Virus record (IMG/VR): IMGVR_UViG_3300029288_000136
Source of the DNA: a virus
Taxonomy: Duplodnaviria; Heunggongvirae; Uroviricota; Caudoviricetes
Length of the DNA: 20,939 nt
Direction: 5' to 3' (one strand)
Under the pieces are notes generated by a model. The model was given only the letters and a program-made list of their open reading frames with translations. It was not told where the DNA came from and searched no databases. Positions 1 to 8,213 of the stretch are shown here, in pieces. Positions within the stretch are counted from its first letter, which is position 1; every line of letters begins with the position of its first letter. Both the position numbers and the translations under genes were made by a program.

Positions 1-23
1 ACGAAAAAAAAACAACCAATCTA

Positions 24-37
24 TTTTTTTTTTTTTT
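24..37 (+). terminator. Oligo-T tract, candidate archaeal-type intrinsic terminator of the gene upstream of the window
   Basis: Run of 14 T at 24-37 on a coding strand that is otherwise T-poor. Confidence 0.4.
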
Positions 38-38
38 A

Positions 39-46
39 TTATATAA
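39..46 (+). promoter_or_regulatory. TATA-box-like element (TTATATAA)
   Basis: Matches the archaeal TATA consensus about 90 nt upstream of the ATG at 136. AT-rich context makes a chance match possible. Confidence 0.25.
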
Positions 47-135
47 TTGATGAATAGCGGCAAAAACAAGAGAGAAAAAGCCGACAAACATACGATAACC
101 AATAAAACAAACTAAAAAACGACAAACAAAAAAAA

Positions 136-1554
136 ATGGCAACAATGAGAACAACCAGTCTTGCCACTGAAAAAATATATGAGGCAAGAAGAGGGAAAAA
201 CATCAACTTCAAGAACAACGTAGAATTCGAGGGAACAGTACTGATAGAAGGAAACTTCACAATAGGAGACGCATCAGCAGACACCCTAACCCTTACCGGA
301 CTCACAACAGTATCAGATGACCAGAAGATACAGTTCAGAGACACAGGACTATACATATACTCAAGTGCGAATGGTCAACTAGACATAGTAGCTGACACAA
401 CACTGAAAGCAACCTCCCCAACAGTAGAACTGGAAGCATCAACTGGTATAACCCTGGATGGAGACGTGACCATAGACGGAGCACACACCCTCACCACAGG
501 AACCGGAGCCATATCAGTATTAGGGGATGCGACCTTTGGAACCACAAAGAAGGCATACTTCCGAGATACTGGGCTATACATATACTCCAGCGCAGACGGA
601 CAACTTGACATAGTAGGAGACACCACAGTAAAGACAACCGCCCCAACAATAGAGTTGGAAGGCTCCACAGCGGTAACCCTTGACGGAGACACCACAATAG
701 ATGGGGCGCACACCTTCGCAACAGGGACTGGAGACGTATCAATCAACGGAGATGCACTACTAGCAACAACCAAGAAAGTTCAATTCAGAGACACCGGGAT
801 ATACATCAATTCAGGAGCAGACGGAAAACTGACCATATCATCAGATGGAAGCGGAGCAGACGACATAACCCTGTCAGGGACCGTAACACTTGACGCAAAC
901 CTGACAACCCCCTCCAGGATAATATGCAGCACCGTAGGAACAGCATACACCGCACCAGCCCTAAGCGTAGGAGTACATGGAACACCCCTGGTAGACGCAG
1001 TAGCAGCAGACATGATAGCGTTCTCAGTAAATATAACTACCGCTACAAACAAAGGATCAGCTGAGAGTTCAATGGCGGCATACTTCGGAGCGGCCAACTC
1101 AACAGACACCGCGAACACAAGACTACAAAGCGTACTGGCAAGCACCACAGTAGCTGGAAACTGCTTCGACGCATACGGAGTACAAGGACACCTGACAATA
1201 AGTGGAGCAGCAACAGCAACCTCAAATGGAAACATGTGCGGAGGAAGCTTCAAAGTATCAGTTGGAGCCGCAGTTAACGCCACATTACAGGGATTACTGG
1301 TTACAGTAGATGGAGACAATGGTAATACCATAACAGGAACGTCATCCATGATCTACCTTGACTCAGTACACACAGTAACCAATGGTATACTGTTTGGACA
1401 ATGCGGCAATCTGACCAGCGCGTTCTATTTCTCCGCAGCATCAGGACCGATAGGAGCAGCAGTAACAGCATGCGGAGGATCTGACGCAAGCATAAAGGTA
1501 AACGTAGAAGGATCAGCATACTACATACCTTTATATGATAGTCTATCAGCGTAA
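136..1554 (+). CDS. Virion fibre-like protein (head or tail fibre) with 75-aa internal repeats
   Basis: 472 aa, rich in G/T/A/D/S beta-strand residues. Motif FRDTG(L/I)YI(Y/N)S.A.G.L.I occurs three times at an exact 225-nt period, and I recognise it from phage fibre proteins. Lies upstream of the head-completion genes. Confidence 0.6.
   Translation: MATMRTTSLATEKIYEARRGKNINFKNNVEFEGTVLIEGNFTIGDASADTLTLTGLTTVSDDQKIQFRDTGLYIYSSANGQLDIVADTTLKATSPTVELEASTGITLDGDVTIDGAHTLTTGTGAISVLGDATFGTTKKAYFRDTGLYIYSSADGQLDIVGDTTVKTTAPTIELEGSTAVTLDGDTTIDGAHTFATGTGDVSINGDALLATTKKVQFRDTGIYINSGADGKLTISSDGSGADDITLSGTVTLDANLTTPSRIICSTVGTAYTAPALSVGVHGTPLVDAVAADMIAFSVNITTATNKGSAESSMAAYFGAANSTDTANTRLQSVLASTTVAGNCFDAYGVQGHLTISGAATATSNGNMCGGSFKVSVGAAVNATLQGLLVTVDGDNGNTITGTSSMIYLDSVHTVTNGILFGQCGNLTSAFYFSAASGPIGAAVTACGGSDASIKVNVEGSAYYIPLYDSLSA
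331..850 (+). repeat. Intragenic tandem repeat, 225-nt unit, two full copies plus a partial third
   Basis: Phe codon of FRDTG at 334, 559 and 784. Units 1 and 2 share e.g. TLDGD.TIDGAHT..TGTG and .TTKK. Confidence 0.9.
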
Positions 1555-1576
1555 ATAGTTGATATATTATCAAATA

Positions 1577-1591
1577 TTTTTTTTCTTTTTT
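1577..1591 (+). terminator. Oligo-T terminator-like tract after the fibre gene
   Basis: T8-C-T6 about 20 nt after the TAA at 1554, preceded by the short inverted repeat TTGATA-tat-TATCAA (1559-1573). Confidence 0.45.
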
Positions 1592-1636
1592 ATACTAATA
1601 CAGATAATAAGATACTGAATAGAATACACACATAAA

Positions 1637-1957
1637 ATGAAGACAATACAAGTGAATAGATGGACAGTCGGAACAAACAACGAAACAGGAGAAGAGATAA
1701 CCGAAGACATAACAAAAGTACTGACAGTATTGATTAATTCTACCAAACCTGAGAAAATACCAAAAGGAATAGATAAATTCAGGCTATTCAATAGAATTGG
1801 GAAAGCATTCAATAAAGCAGATAAGACAAGTGTTTTAGAACTTGAAGAAGGAGACTACCAATTCCTAAAGAAAATAGTAGAAGAAGAAATAATTGGGATC
1901 TGGGGAATAAGAGAAGAAAGATCTCAGGCAATAGAAGACTTCATAACAGCCAAATAA
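1637..1957 (+). CDS. Hypothetical protein, possibly a fibre assembly chaperone
   Basis: 106 aa, A-rich leader, mostly helical C-half (LELEEGDYQFLKKIVEEE). The chaperone idea comes only from its position after the fibre gene. Confidence 0.5.
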   Translation: MKTIQVNRWTVGTNNETGEEITEDITKVLTVLINSTKPEKIPKGIDKFRLFNRIGKAFNKADKTSVLELEEGDYQFLKKIVEEEIIGIWGIREERSQAIEDFITAK

Positions 1958-1979
1958 TACAAACAAATAAATAATAAAG

Positions 1980-2645
1980 ATGACTTTATTCAATGAGATG
2001 AGAAGAGTATTCGATATGAGAGAAGAATTAGAGAACATACCCGGATACTTGCATGACACTGAAGGAATGGCTCTTTACTTGTTCTCAAAATATTCCAGAG
2101 GAGACATAATAGAGATAGGAAGTTTTCATGGAAGATCAACCACATGGATAGGGAGAGGACTTAAAGAAAGAGGAACAGGAAAAATATACTCAATAGACCC
2201 GCATATGGGGATAACAGACAAAGAATTCAAAGGGGTAGACTGTCCAGAGGAAAGACAAAGACACAAGATAGAATTTAATGTAGAAGACCCAACAGCCCAA
2301 TCATATGAAGGATTCCTGGAAACACTGAAAAAATATAAAATAAAAGACATAGTAGAGATCATACGGAAGACTTCGGAAAAGGCAAAGGAAGACCTACCTA
2401 GTGGTTTAACTGCAAGCTTGATCTTCGTAGACGGAGACCACACATATGAAGGGGTGAAAAAAGATATAGAGCTATACCTGCCGATGCTTGGAGAAGATGG
2501 AGTGATCGCTTTCCATGACTTCAACCAAACATTCCAGGGAGTATTCAAAGCAGTAACTGAATTGATAAGCACAGGAGAATACAACACACTACAATTCAAC
2601 TCCTTAGTGCTCTTAACAAAGAATAAATCAACAAAGAATAAATAA
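1980..2645 (+). CDS. Class I SAM-dependent methyltransferase, Methyltransf_24-like
   Basis: Motif I IIEIGSFHGRST and family-typical LIFVDGDHTYEGVKKD...LGEDGVIAFHD. Confidence 0.9.
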   Translation: MTLFNEMRRVFDMREELENIPGYLHDTEGMALYLFSKYSRGDIIEIGSFHGRSTTWIGRGLKERGTGKIYSIDPHMGITDKEFKGVDCPEERQRHKIEFNVEDPTAQSYEGFLETLKKYKIKDIVEIIRKTSEKAKEDLPSGLTASLIFVDGDHTYEGVKKDIELYLPMLGEDGVIAFHDFNQTFQGVFKAVTELISTGEYNTLQFNSLVLLTKNKSTKNK

Positions 2646-2666
2646 TTATCTAAATAAAAAACAAAA

Positions 2667-3065
2667 ATGGCAACAATAAAAGGACCAATAAAACTAGGAA
2701 AAGGACAACCAATACCTCAAGAAATACTATCCAAATTAAGACTACCCTTCACATGCAAGAGTATGACAGCAACCAAAGGAGTAGAGATACTAAAAGCCCA
2801 AGGAATAAACATAGTAGACAAGATAATACAGAAACCAAAAGAAGAAACAACAATAAAACCAGTAGAGAATCCAGTAAAACCAGTTGAAACAATTGATGAA
2901 ACACCAGTAGAAATACCTATTGAGATGCCAACAAAAATATCAACTGAGATCTCAACTGAAGAAGTAAAAGAAAGAAAGATCGAAGAATCAAAAACAGTTG
3001 AAACCAAACCAGATGAAAAAGACAAGAAAGAAGACTACAAAACCAAATACAAGAAGAAAAAATAA
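2667..3065 (+). CDS. Hypothetical protein with P/E/T/K-rich disordered C-terminal half
   Basis: 132 aa, leader aaaacaaaaATGGCA like its neighbours, low-complexity tail KPVENPVKPVET...KKKK. Confidence 0.7.
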   Translation: MATIKGPIKLGKGQPIPQEILSKLRLPFTCKSMTATKGVEILKAQGINIVDKIIQKPKEETTIKPVENPVKPVETIDETPVEIPIEMPTKISTEISTEEVKERKIEESKTVETKPDEKDKKEDYKTKYKKKK

Positions 3066-3132
3066 CACAAAACACAAAAATAAACTCTAATACTAGACTC
3101 TTGGTGGTTCCAGAGCCTGAAACACATACAAA

Positions 3133-3369
3133 ATGGGAATAGAACAAAGCCTGGAAACACAAGTAGCAGTGATAGCACAAAGAATAGAATCAATAGAAGG
3201 AACAGTAAACGAGATAAAAAGCAAATTAGAGAACGAATACATAACAAATGACAAACACGAACTACTATCCAAAAGAGTGGAACTACTTGAAAGAATAGTA
3301 TTCGGAGTAGTCTCAATAGTATTGATCGCGGTAGGAGGAGCAATAATAAGCTTAGTGATCCAAAGATGA
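3133..3369 (+). CDS. Small coiled-coil protein with C-terminal TM helix (XhlA/holin-like)
   Basis: Heptad-like N-part (QVAVIAQRIESIEGTVNEIKSKLE) followed by hydrophobic IVFGVVSIVLIAVGGAIISLVI. Confidence 0.55.
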   Translation: MGIEQSLETQVAVIAQRIESIEGTVNEIKSKLENEYITNDKHELLSKRVELLERIVFGVVSIVLIAVGGAIISLVIQR

Positions 3370-3854
3370 GCACAAACAAAGTAAACTGCGGAATATACGG
3401 ACACAGTTCACTAAACGAATGCAAACCAGGACACCTATACTACCTAAGCATACTAACAATAACCCTTGCAATAACCCTAATGTTCCTGGGAGTATGGATG
3501 CTATACATAGACTCAAACCCACCAGTAACCTTCATAGGAGAACCATTCAATGTAACAATATACAATAACACATATATGGGTGTAACACTATCATTCTGCA
3601 AACATACTGATGTGCCATCCAAGATAACAAGATGCTTCTCAGACGGATTAGTGTTCTGCACACCAGAAGAAGCAAGCGGAGCACTACCAAAAGGATGCCA
3701 CTACAACATAACAAGATACATACCAATACCAAGATCACTACCAAACGGAGAATACAAACTAATATCAGTGGCAAGATATGAGATAAATTCTCTTGCAACA
3801 AGGACTTCAACAATGGAAACACAAAAATTCACAATAAACAGAACAAACAAATAA
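3366..3854 (+). CDS. Membrane-anchored protein with Cys-containing beta-sandwich ectodomain
   Basis: ATGA overlap with the upstream stop, TM YYLSILTITLAITLMFLGVWMLYI, then FCKHT...GCHYN...IPIPRSLPNGEYKL...QKFTI. Confidence 0.65.
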   Translation: MSTNKVNCGIYGHSSLNECKPGHLYYLSILTITLAITLMFLGVWMLYIDSNPPVTFIGEPFNVTIYNNTYMGVTLSFCKHTDVPSKITRCFSDGLVFCTPEEASGALPKGCHYNITRYIPIPRSLPNGEYKLISVARYEINSLATRTSTMETQKFTINRTNK

Positions 3855-3887
3855 ACCAATCAATATATACCAATAATTAAAAATAAA

Positions 3888-4052
3888 ATGGCAGTAGCAA
3901 CAACAACATACGGAGCATGGACAACTCACCAAGGAACACTAGCTGAAGTAATGGCAGTAATAAAAGGATTAGGATCCTCACAGATACTAGCGATATACTA
4001 TGATACTGGAGCAAGCCTACACACAGCAATAGTAAACACCCAAAGCAGATAA
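3888..4052 (+). CDS. Small 54-aa protein not in the ORF track (MAVATTTYGAWTTHQGTLAEVMAVIKGLGSSQILAIYYDTGASLHTAIVNTQSR)
   Basis: Translated by hand from ATG 3888 to TAA 4050-4052. Leader aaaataaaATGGCA and A/C-ending codons match neighbouring genes, and it fills the gap between 3854 and 4121. Confidence 0.75.
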   Translation: MAVATTTYGAWTTHQGTLAEVMAVIKGLGSSQILAIYYDTGASLHTAIVNTQSR

Positions 4053-4120
4053 ACGACCAATATACCGATCAGACGAATAAGATAAGCATATAATGTAAAT
4101 ATAAATAAGACAAGAACAAT

Positions 4121-4819
4121 ATGGCAGAAGACGAAGTAATAGGACTATCAAGCACAAGCTTCATAACAGCGACAGATGTAAGGAATATTACTGCAGGATC
4201 CCTAACAGAAGACGACATAACAGATGAAGACATAGAACAACACATCCAATACTCCATAGGAGAAGTAATGGATAGAATATGTGTAAAAGTCTACAATGAA
4301 CAAATAACAAAGATAGACATATACAGACCAAATACAAGGGACGGAGTAAACAAAACATTCTACACACAAGACAGCTTCAACTACTACATAGGAGACCTGG
4401 ACGCAGACGGAGACATAGACAAAGAAGACCTCGAACTATACATCTGGGACCAGACAGCAAAGACCAGGACACTAGCAACAATAACCTCAGTAGATGAGAA
4501 CGGAACAATAACCATATCAGACAACTACGCATCAAACTCAAAGATGTACATAAACTACCTTAGAAGCCCAGTATCCCTGACAAACATAAACCTAAGAAAA
4601 GCAGTAGCCTACCTAACAGCATCACACATATTCTCAGGAATACACTCAAAAGACCTAAACAAGATATCAATAGAAGGATTCACTCTATCAGACAATCCAG
4701 TAGCAGAGAAAAAATTCAAAGACCTATATGAGACAACAATAGTTGGAATAAATACAAGAGATATTGCAATGTCAAAGGTACAAACCAACCTAAGATACCC
4801 CCTAGGACCATACCTCTAA
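4121..4819 (+). CDS. Head-tail adaptor (HK97 gp6/SPP1 gp15-like) with an inserted beta domain
   Basis: N-terminal FITATDVRNI...ITDEDIEQHIQ and C-terminal helix LRKAVAYLTASHIF match the adaptor pattern. Sits directly before the closure-like gene. Confidence 0.65.
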   Translation: MAEDEVIGLSSTSFITATDVRNITAGSLTEDDITDEDIEQHIQYSIGEVMDRICVKVYNEQITKIDIYRPNTRDGVNKTFYTQDSFNYYIGDLDADGDIDKEDLELYIWDQTAKTRTLATITSVDENGTITISDNYASNSKMYINYLRSPVSLTNINLRKAVAYLTASHIFSGIHSKDLNKISIEGFTLSDNPVAEKKFKDLYETTIVGINTRDIAMSKVQTNLRYPLGPYL

Positions 4820-4995
4820 GAAAAGATCAAAAAGACCAGGTAAATAAGCGAAAAAAGGGGAAAAAACAACCAAACAAGGGGAAAATAGAAGAAAAGGAAA
4901 GAAGAAAATAGAAAGAGAAGAAAAAAGAGACCAAATATAAATTATAAATAATTAAAAATCCTATTAGGAAAAAAAAATAATTTTATTATTAATTA

Positions 4996-5003
4996 TTTAT
5001 AAA
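4996..5003. promoter_or_regulatory. TATA-box-like TTTATAAA in a long AT-rich spacer
   Basis: Matches the archaeal TATA consensus about 63 nt upstream of ATG 5067. It is self-complementary, so direction is undetermined. Confidence 0.3.
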
Positions 5004-5066
5004 AAAAGAATAACCCTTTTTTTTGGTGAACATTGTTTAATCTATATTGTTTTAAAAATTTAGAAG

Positions 5067-5426
5067 ATGAGTGATTACACTGAAGATTTCCAGGAAGCAT
5101 TCACAAAGATGTGGGGAGTATTTGCAAGAGACATCACTCTAAGCACTGTTTCAATGACTACTAACGATGAGGGAGATGTTACTGAGACCAAGACAACAAT
5201 TAATACCAAGGGGATGGTAAAACACATAACTGACACTCATAGTATGGAGAACATGGGAGCACTTCTTAAAGGAGACACTATTCTTTTATTGAAACCAACC
5301 GAGTCAATAAATGAACAAGATGAGATAACTGTTGGAAGCACTACTTATTCCGCAGCAGAAGTGAAAACAGTTGACTACAAAGGAACCAATATCTATAAAA
5401 GAGTGATTATGTTGAGGAAAGTCTGA
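5067..5426 (+). CDS. Head closure / head-tail joining protein (SPP1 gp16, lambda FII-like)
   Basis: 119 aa all-beta pattern ITL...TNDEGDV.....KGMV, INEQDEITVGSTTYSAAEV, in the canonical position. Confidence 0.7.
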   Translation: MSDYTEDFQEAFTKMWGVFARDITLSTVSMTTNDEGDVTETKTTINTKGMVKHITDTHSMENMGALLKGDTILLLKPTESINEQDEITVGSTTYSAAEVKTVDYKGTNIYKRVIMLRKV

Positions 5427-5430
5427 TTCT

Positions 5431-6513
5431 ATGGCTATTGTATGGAGAAAAAGAGGAAGTGATCTAGTAAAATATAATACAAAAACCAAGGAAGTAATAG
5501 AAGATAATCTTACTCTAAGACAATCTAGATTCATCGATAAACAACAGAAACATTCTAAAGCAGTAATAAAAGATAATAAGATCAATAAAATTACTGAAAA
5601 AGAAGAAGTAAAAGAGTTAATCAAAGATAATAAGATCAGAACTGGATTAATAATTAAAGCAAACAACCTACTTCTAAGCCAACACGTACAAAACAGACAT
5701 TTCCATGATGCTAAAAGAGAACTAAATGACAGGGGAATACAATACTTAAGAAGAACTAAGACACAAGCCACCATAAGTAAAGATAGCATAAAATTTCTCA
5801 ATAACTTCAAGAGACTAAACAAACACATAAAAACATTCAATGATGAAAAACTTGAAGAATACTGCAATAATATAGTTATGAGAGCAAGACTAATGGCTCC
5901 TAATTCTCAGTTAAGCAAGTATTCACGAAATAAGTTGAGAAATTCCATAAGAACAAGAAAATTAAAGAGCGGAGAAAGAAAGATCAGTTTCGGAGCACTA
6001 GCCACCAGGAAAAGAGGACCAGAAGAAAAAAACCCCTCAATGATGCAATACGGATTATTCCAGGAAGGAGCATGGTTTAGGAAAATAGTTAAAAAAATTG
6101 ACGAAGACAATGCAATAGCCTCCTATCCAAGCACAAACTATTCAACAATTAATAAGAGAAGATTCGCCAAAGAAGGAAGCTTCATGAGATTCAGAGACAA
6201 TAGAACAAAGAAATGGGTAACGATCTCAGCAAAAGGAAGGATCAACTATGTAGATTCAATTGGAAGCGGACCAATTGGAAAGAAAACAACACACTTCATT
6301 GGAAGAGCATTCGCACAAGAAAGCGAGAAGTTCTTCAAGAAAGAAAGACTAAAGACCGGATTCGAAACAGAGATATGTAAGACATTAGGGATTAAGAAAG
6401 GAACAACCAACAAATCAGTAAAAGAACAACCAAAGATCAGTAAAGAGAAAATATCAGACCCATTCGCGGAATTAGCAAAGAACATAGCAAGTGGCTGGGG
6501 AAAGAAGAAGTAA
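5431..6513 (+). CDS. HK97 gp10-like neck/tail completion protein with long basic extensions
   Basis: ARLMAP...KLRNSIRT, YGLFQEG and THFIGRAF correspond to the gp10-like AP..TG.LR.SI / YA.Y.E.G / PF..PA pattern. Lies between closure and terminator. 360 aa is about twice the usual length. Confidence 0.55.
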   Translation: MAIVWRKRGSDLVKYNTKTKEVIEDNLTLRQSRFIDKQQKHSKAVIKDNKINKITEKEEVKELIKDNKIRTGLIIKANNLLLSQHVQNRHFHDAKRELNDRGIQYLRRTKTQATISKDSIKFLNNFKRLNKHIKTFNDEKLEEYCNNIVMRARLMAPNSQLSKYSRNKLRNSIRTRKLKSGERKISFGALATRKRGPEEKNPSMMQYGLFQEGAWFRKIVKKIDEDNAIASYPSTNYSTINKRRFAKEGSFMRFRDNRTKKWVTISAKGRINYVDSIGSGPIGKKTTHFIGRAFAQESEKFFKKERLKTGFETEICKTLGIKKGTTNKSVKEQPKISKEKISDPFAELAKNIASGWGKKK

Positions 6514-6658
6514 TTAAGACAACACACCAGTATAAGAATATCAATCAATATTTAAATATGATTAAACATAAGAACTAAACAATTGAGGTCTCCAGAGTCT
6601 CAGTACTCTGCAGATAAACAAGACTAAATCCCAACGGGGAGAACAACAAGACCCAACC

Positions 6659-7171
6659 ATGACATCAATAGCGGTAACCAAGAGCACACTAGGAAGAAAC
6701 GCAGTATACTTCATAGTCTCAGTTCTAAGACATAATCTAACAGACACTCAAACACCTGTAAGAAATGGAAAGGAGTGGATACTAAAATCAGAAAGCAAAG
6801 AAAATATAGACATAACAGATTTCCCAAAGATAGTGCTAAACGGAGAAATAGAATATGAATCCATAACACTTGACGGAGGAAAAAACCTGTCAAGAGACAT
6901 AGACATAATCTGCGACATATACACGCAAGGAGATAATGCCATAGCAAAAAGAGACGACTACTCAGACCAGATAAGAACAATACTATTCAACCCCGATAGC
7001 ACTGACGCAGATGGGACCACATTAAGACAATCAAACCTTATACTAAGAGAATTCACAGATGAAGTAACTGATTTCCCATACACCAGATCAGGGAATACTC
7101 AAGGAACGAAAGGAGGATCAGTGATAATAAGATCAAAAGCAATACATATGAGATTCAGATTCAAAGGATAA
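6659..7171 (+). CDS. Tail terminator (lambda U / SPP1 gp17-like)
   Basis: FPKIVL, IICDIY, helix AIAKRDDYSDQIRTIL and final strand AIHMRFRF. Immediately upstream of the tube genes. Confidence 0.65.
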   Translation: MTSIAVTKSTLGRNAVYFIVSVLRHNLTDTQTPVRNGKEWILKSESKENIDITDFPKIVLNGEIEYESITLDGGKNLSRDIDIICDIYTQGDNAIAKRDDYSDQIRTILFNPDSTDADGTTLRQSNLILREFTDEVTDFPYTRSGNTQGTKGGSVIIRSKAIHMRFRFKG

Positions 7172-7216
7172 CCAATACAACTAACTCAATGAATCAACAA
7201 TAAATAAATATAAAAG

Positions 7217-7507
7217 ATGAAAGTATTGATAACATATTTGGGTTATGGAATAGAAAGCATAGAAATACGAGCTGACTACTTCCACAGACTTGGAGGAAGC
7301 TACTCCAAGACGATAACCTGCGAAGCAACAGAAGAACAATACAATGAACTGAAAAAGAGAACAGACATCAAAATAGAAAAGATATCAGAACAAGACAAAC
7401 AAGATAAACAAGACAAATATGAGACGAAAAAACCAGTAAAAGAAACAGAAGAAAAAGTAGCAGAAGAGCGAGAAGAGAAGACAAACAGCAAAAACAAAAC
7501 CAGATAA
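7217..7507 (+). CDS. Hypothetical protein with charged low-complexity C-terminus
   Basis: 96 aa, A-rich leader, QDK x3 and an E/K-rich tail. Confidence 0.65.
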   Translation: MKVLITYLGYGIESIEIRADYFHRLGGSYSKTITCEATEEQYNELKKRTDIKIEKISEQDKQDKQDKYETKKPVKETEEKVAEEREEKTNSKNKTR

Positions 7508-7564
7508 GTATTGAAAAATTATTAAAACAATCAAATAAAAACAAATAAAAATAAATAAAACAAA

Positions 7565-8143
7565 ATGACAGACGCAGTAGATGCATGGACTGAGACCTGC
7601 CTTATAGGACTCGCCAAAAAGGACTCAACAGACACCCAAGTAAACGGAGTAACCGAGACAGTAGATATCGACTTAGGGGACAAAGACGCGGAATGGACCC
7701 CCTTACTCAACGGAGGAAGAGTAGTGAACTATACCCCGATGGCAGACACAAGCGTAACCCTGGAATGCTACTGCGTAGGAGCCAAACAAGCAGATGGAGC
7801 AACACAGCTAGGATTCTTCAATGCCATGATGGGAAACTCAACAGTGCAATCAGACAGGGTACACGACAAATACAGGTTAACCATCCTCTGGACAGATGAT
7901 ACCTCCATCACCACAGCAGGGGCCGCGATCACCACAACAGCTACTGCACTAAGGTTCGTTGCTGCAGAAGGGCATGTGACAAGCATAAAACCCTCTATGA
8001 CTGATGGAAGACTTAAATTCACGGTAACAATGAAGTTCCCTGCCTTTGATAAAGCAGGAAACGCGTGTATATTCTTCCAATCAGTAGGGACAACTGTGAC
8101 AATGGCTTCAGTAGCGGCATACGCAGGAACCACCTACAAATAG
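7565..8143 (+). CDS. Tail tube protein, paralogue 1
   Basis: 192 aa, beta-rich, between terminator and chaperone/tape measure. Tube-like N-terminal loop (GVTETVDIDLGDKDAEWTPLLNGG...) and MKFPAFD. Confidence 0.7.
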   Translation: MTDAVDAWTETCLIGLAKKDSTDTQVNGVTETVDIDLGDKDAEWTPLLNGGRVVNYTPMADTSVTLECYCVGAKQADGATQLGFFNAMMGNSTVQSDRVHDKYRLTILWTDDTSITTAGAAITTTATALRFVAAEGHVTSIKPSMTDGRLKFTVTMKFPAFDKAGNACIFFQSVGTTVTMASVAAYAGTTYK

Positions 8144-8213
8144 ATGAATCAATGAATGAGTAAATGAATAAACATAAACAAATATTAACATACAAATTGA
8201 GAGGTAAACAAAA

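Noticed and set aside
6587-6658. N-terminal extension of the terminator gene from a non-ATG start after GAGGT
   Set aside because: The frame is open, but the nearest plausible start (CTG 6608) is about 18 nt from the motif, too far for SD pairing.
7390-8190. Short microrepeats (QDK x3 at about 7390-7416; ATGAAT-like repeats at 8144-8170)
   Set aside because: Ordinary low-complexity slippage in A-rich sequence, with no regular repeat-spacer structure.
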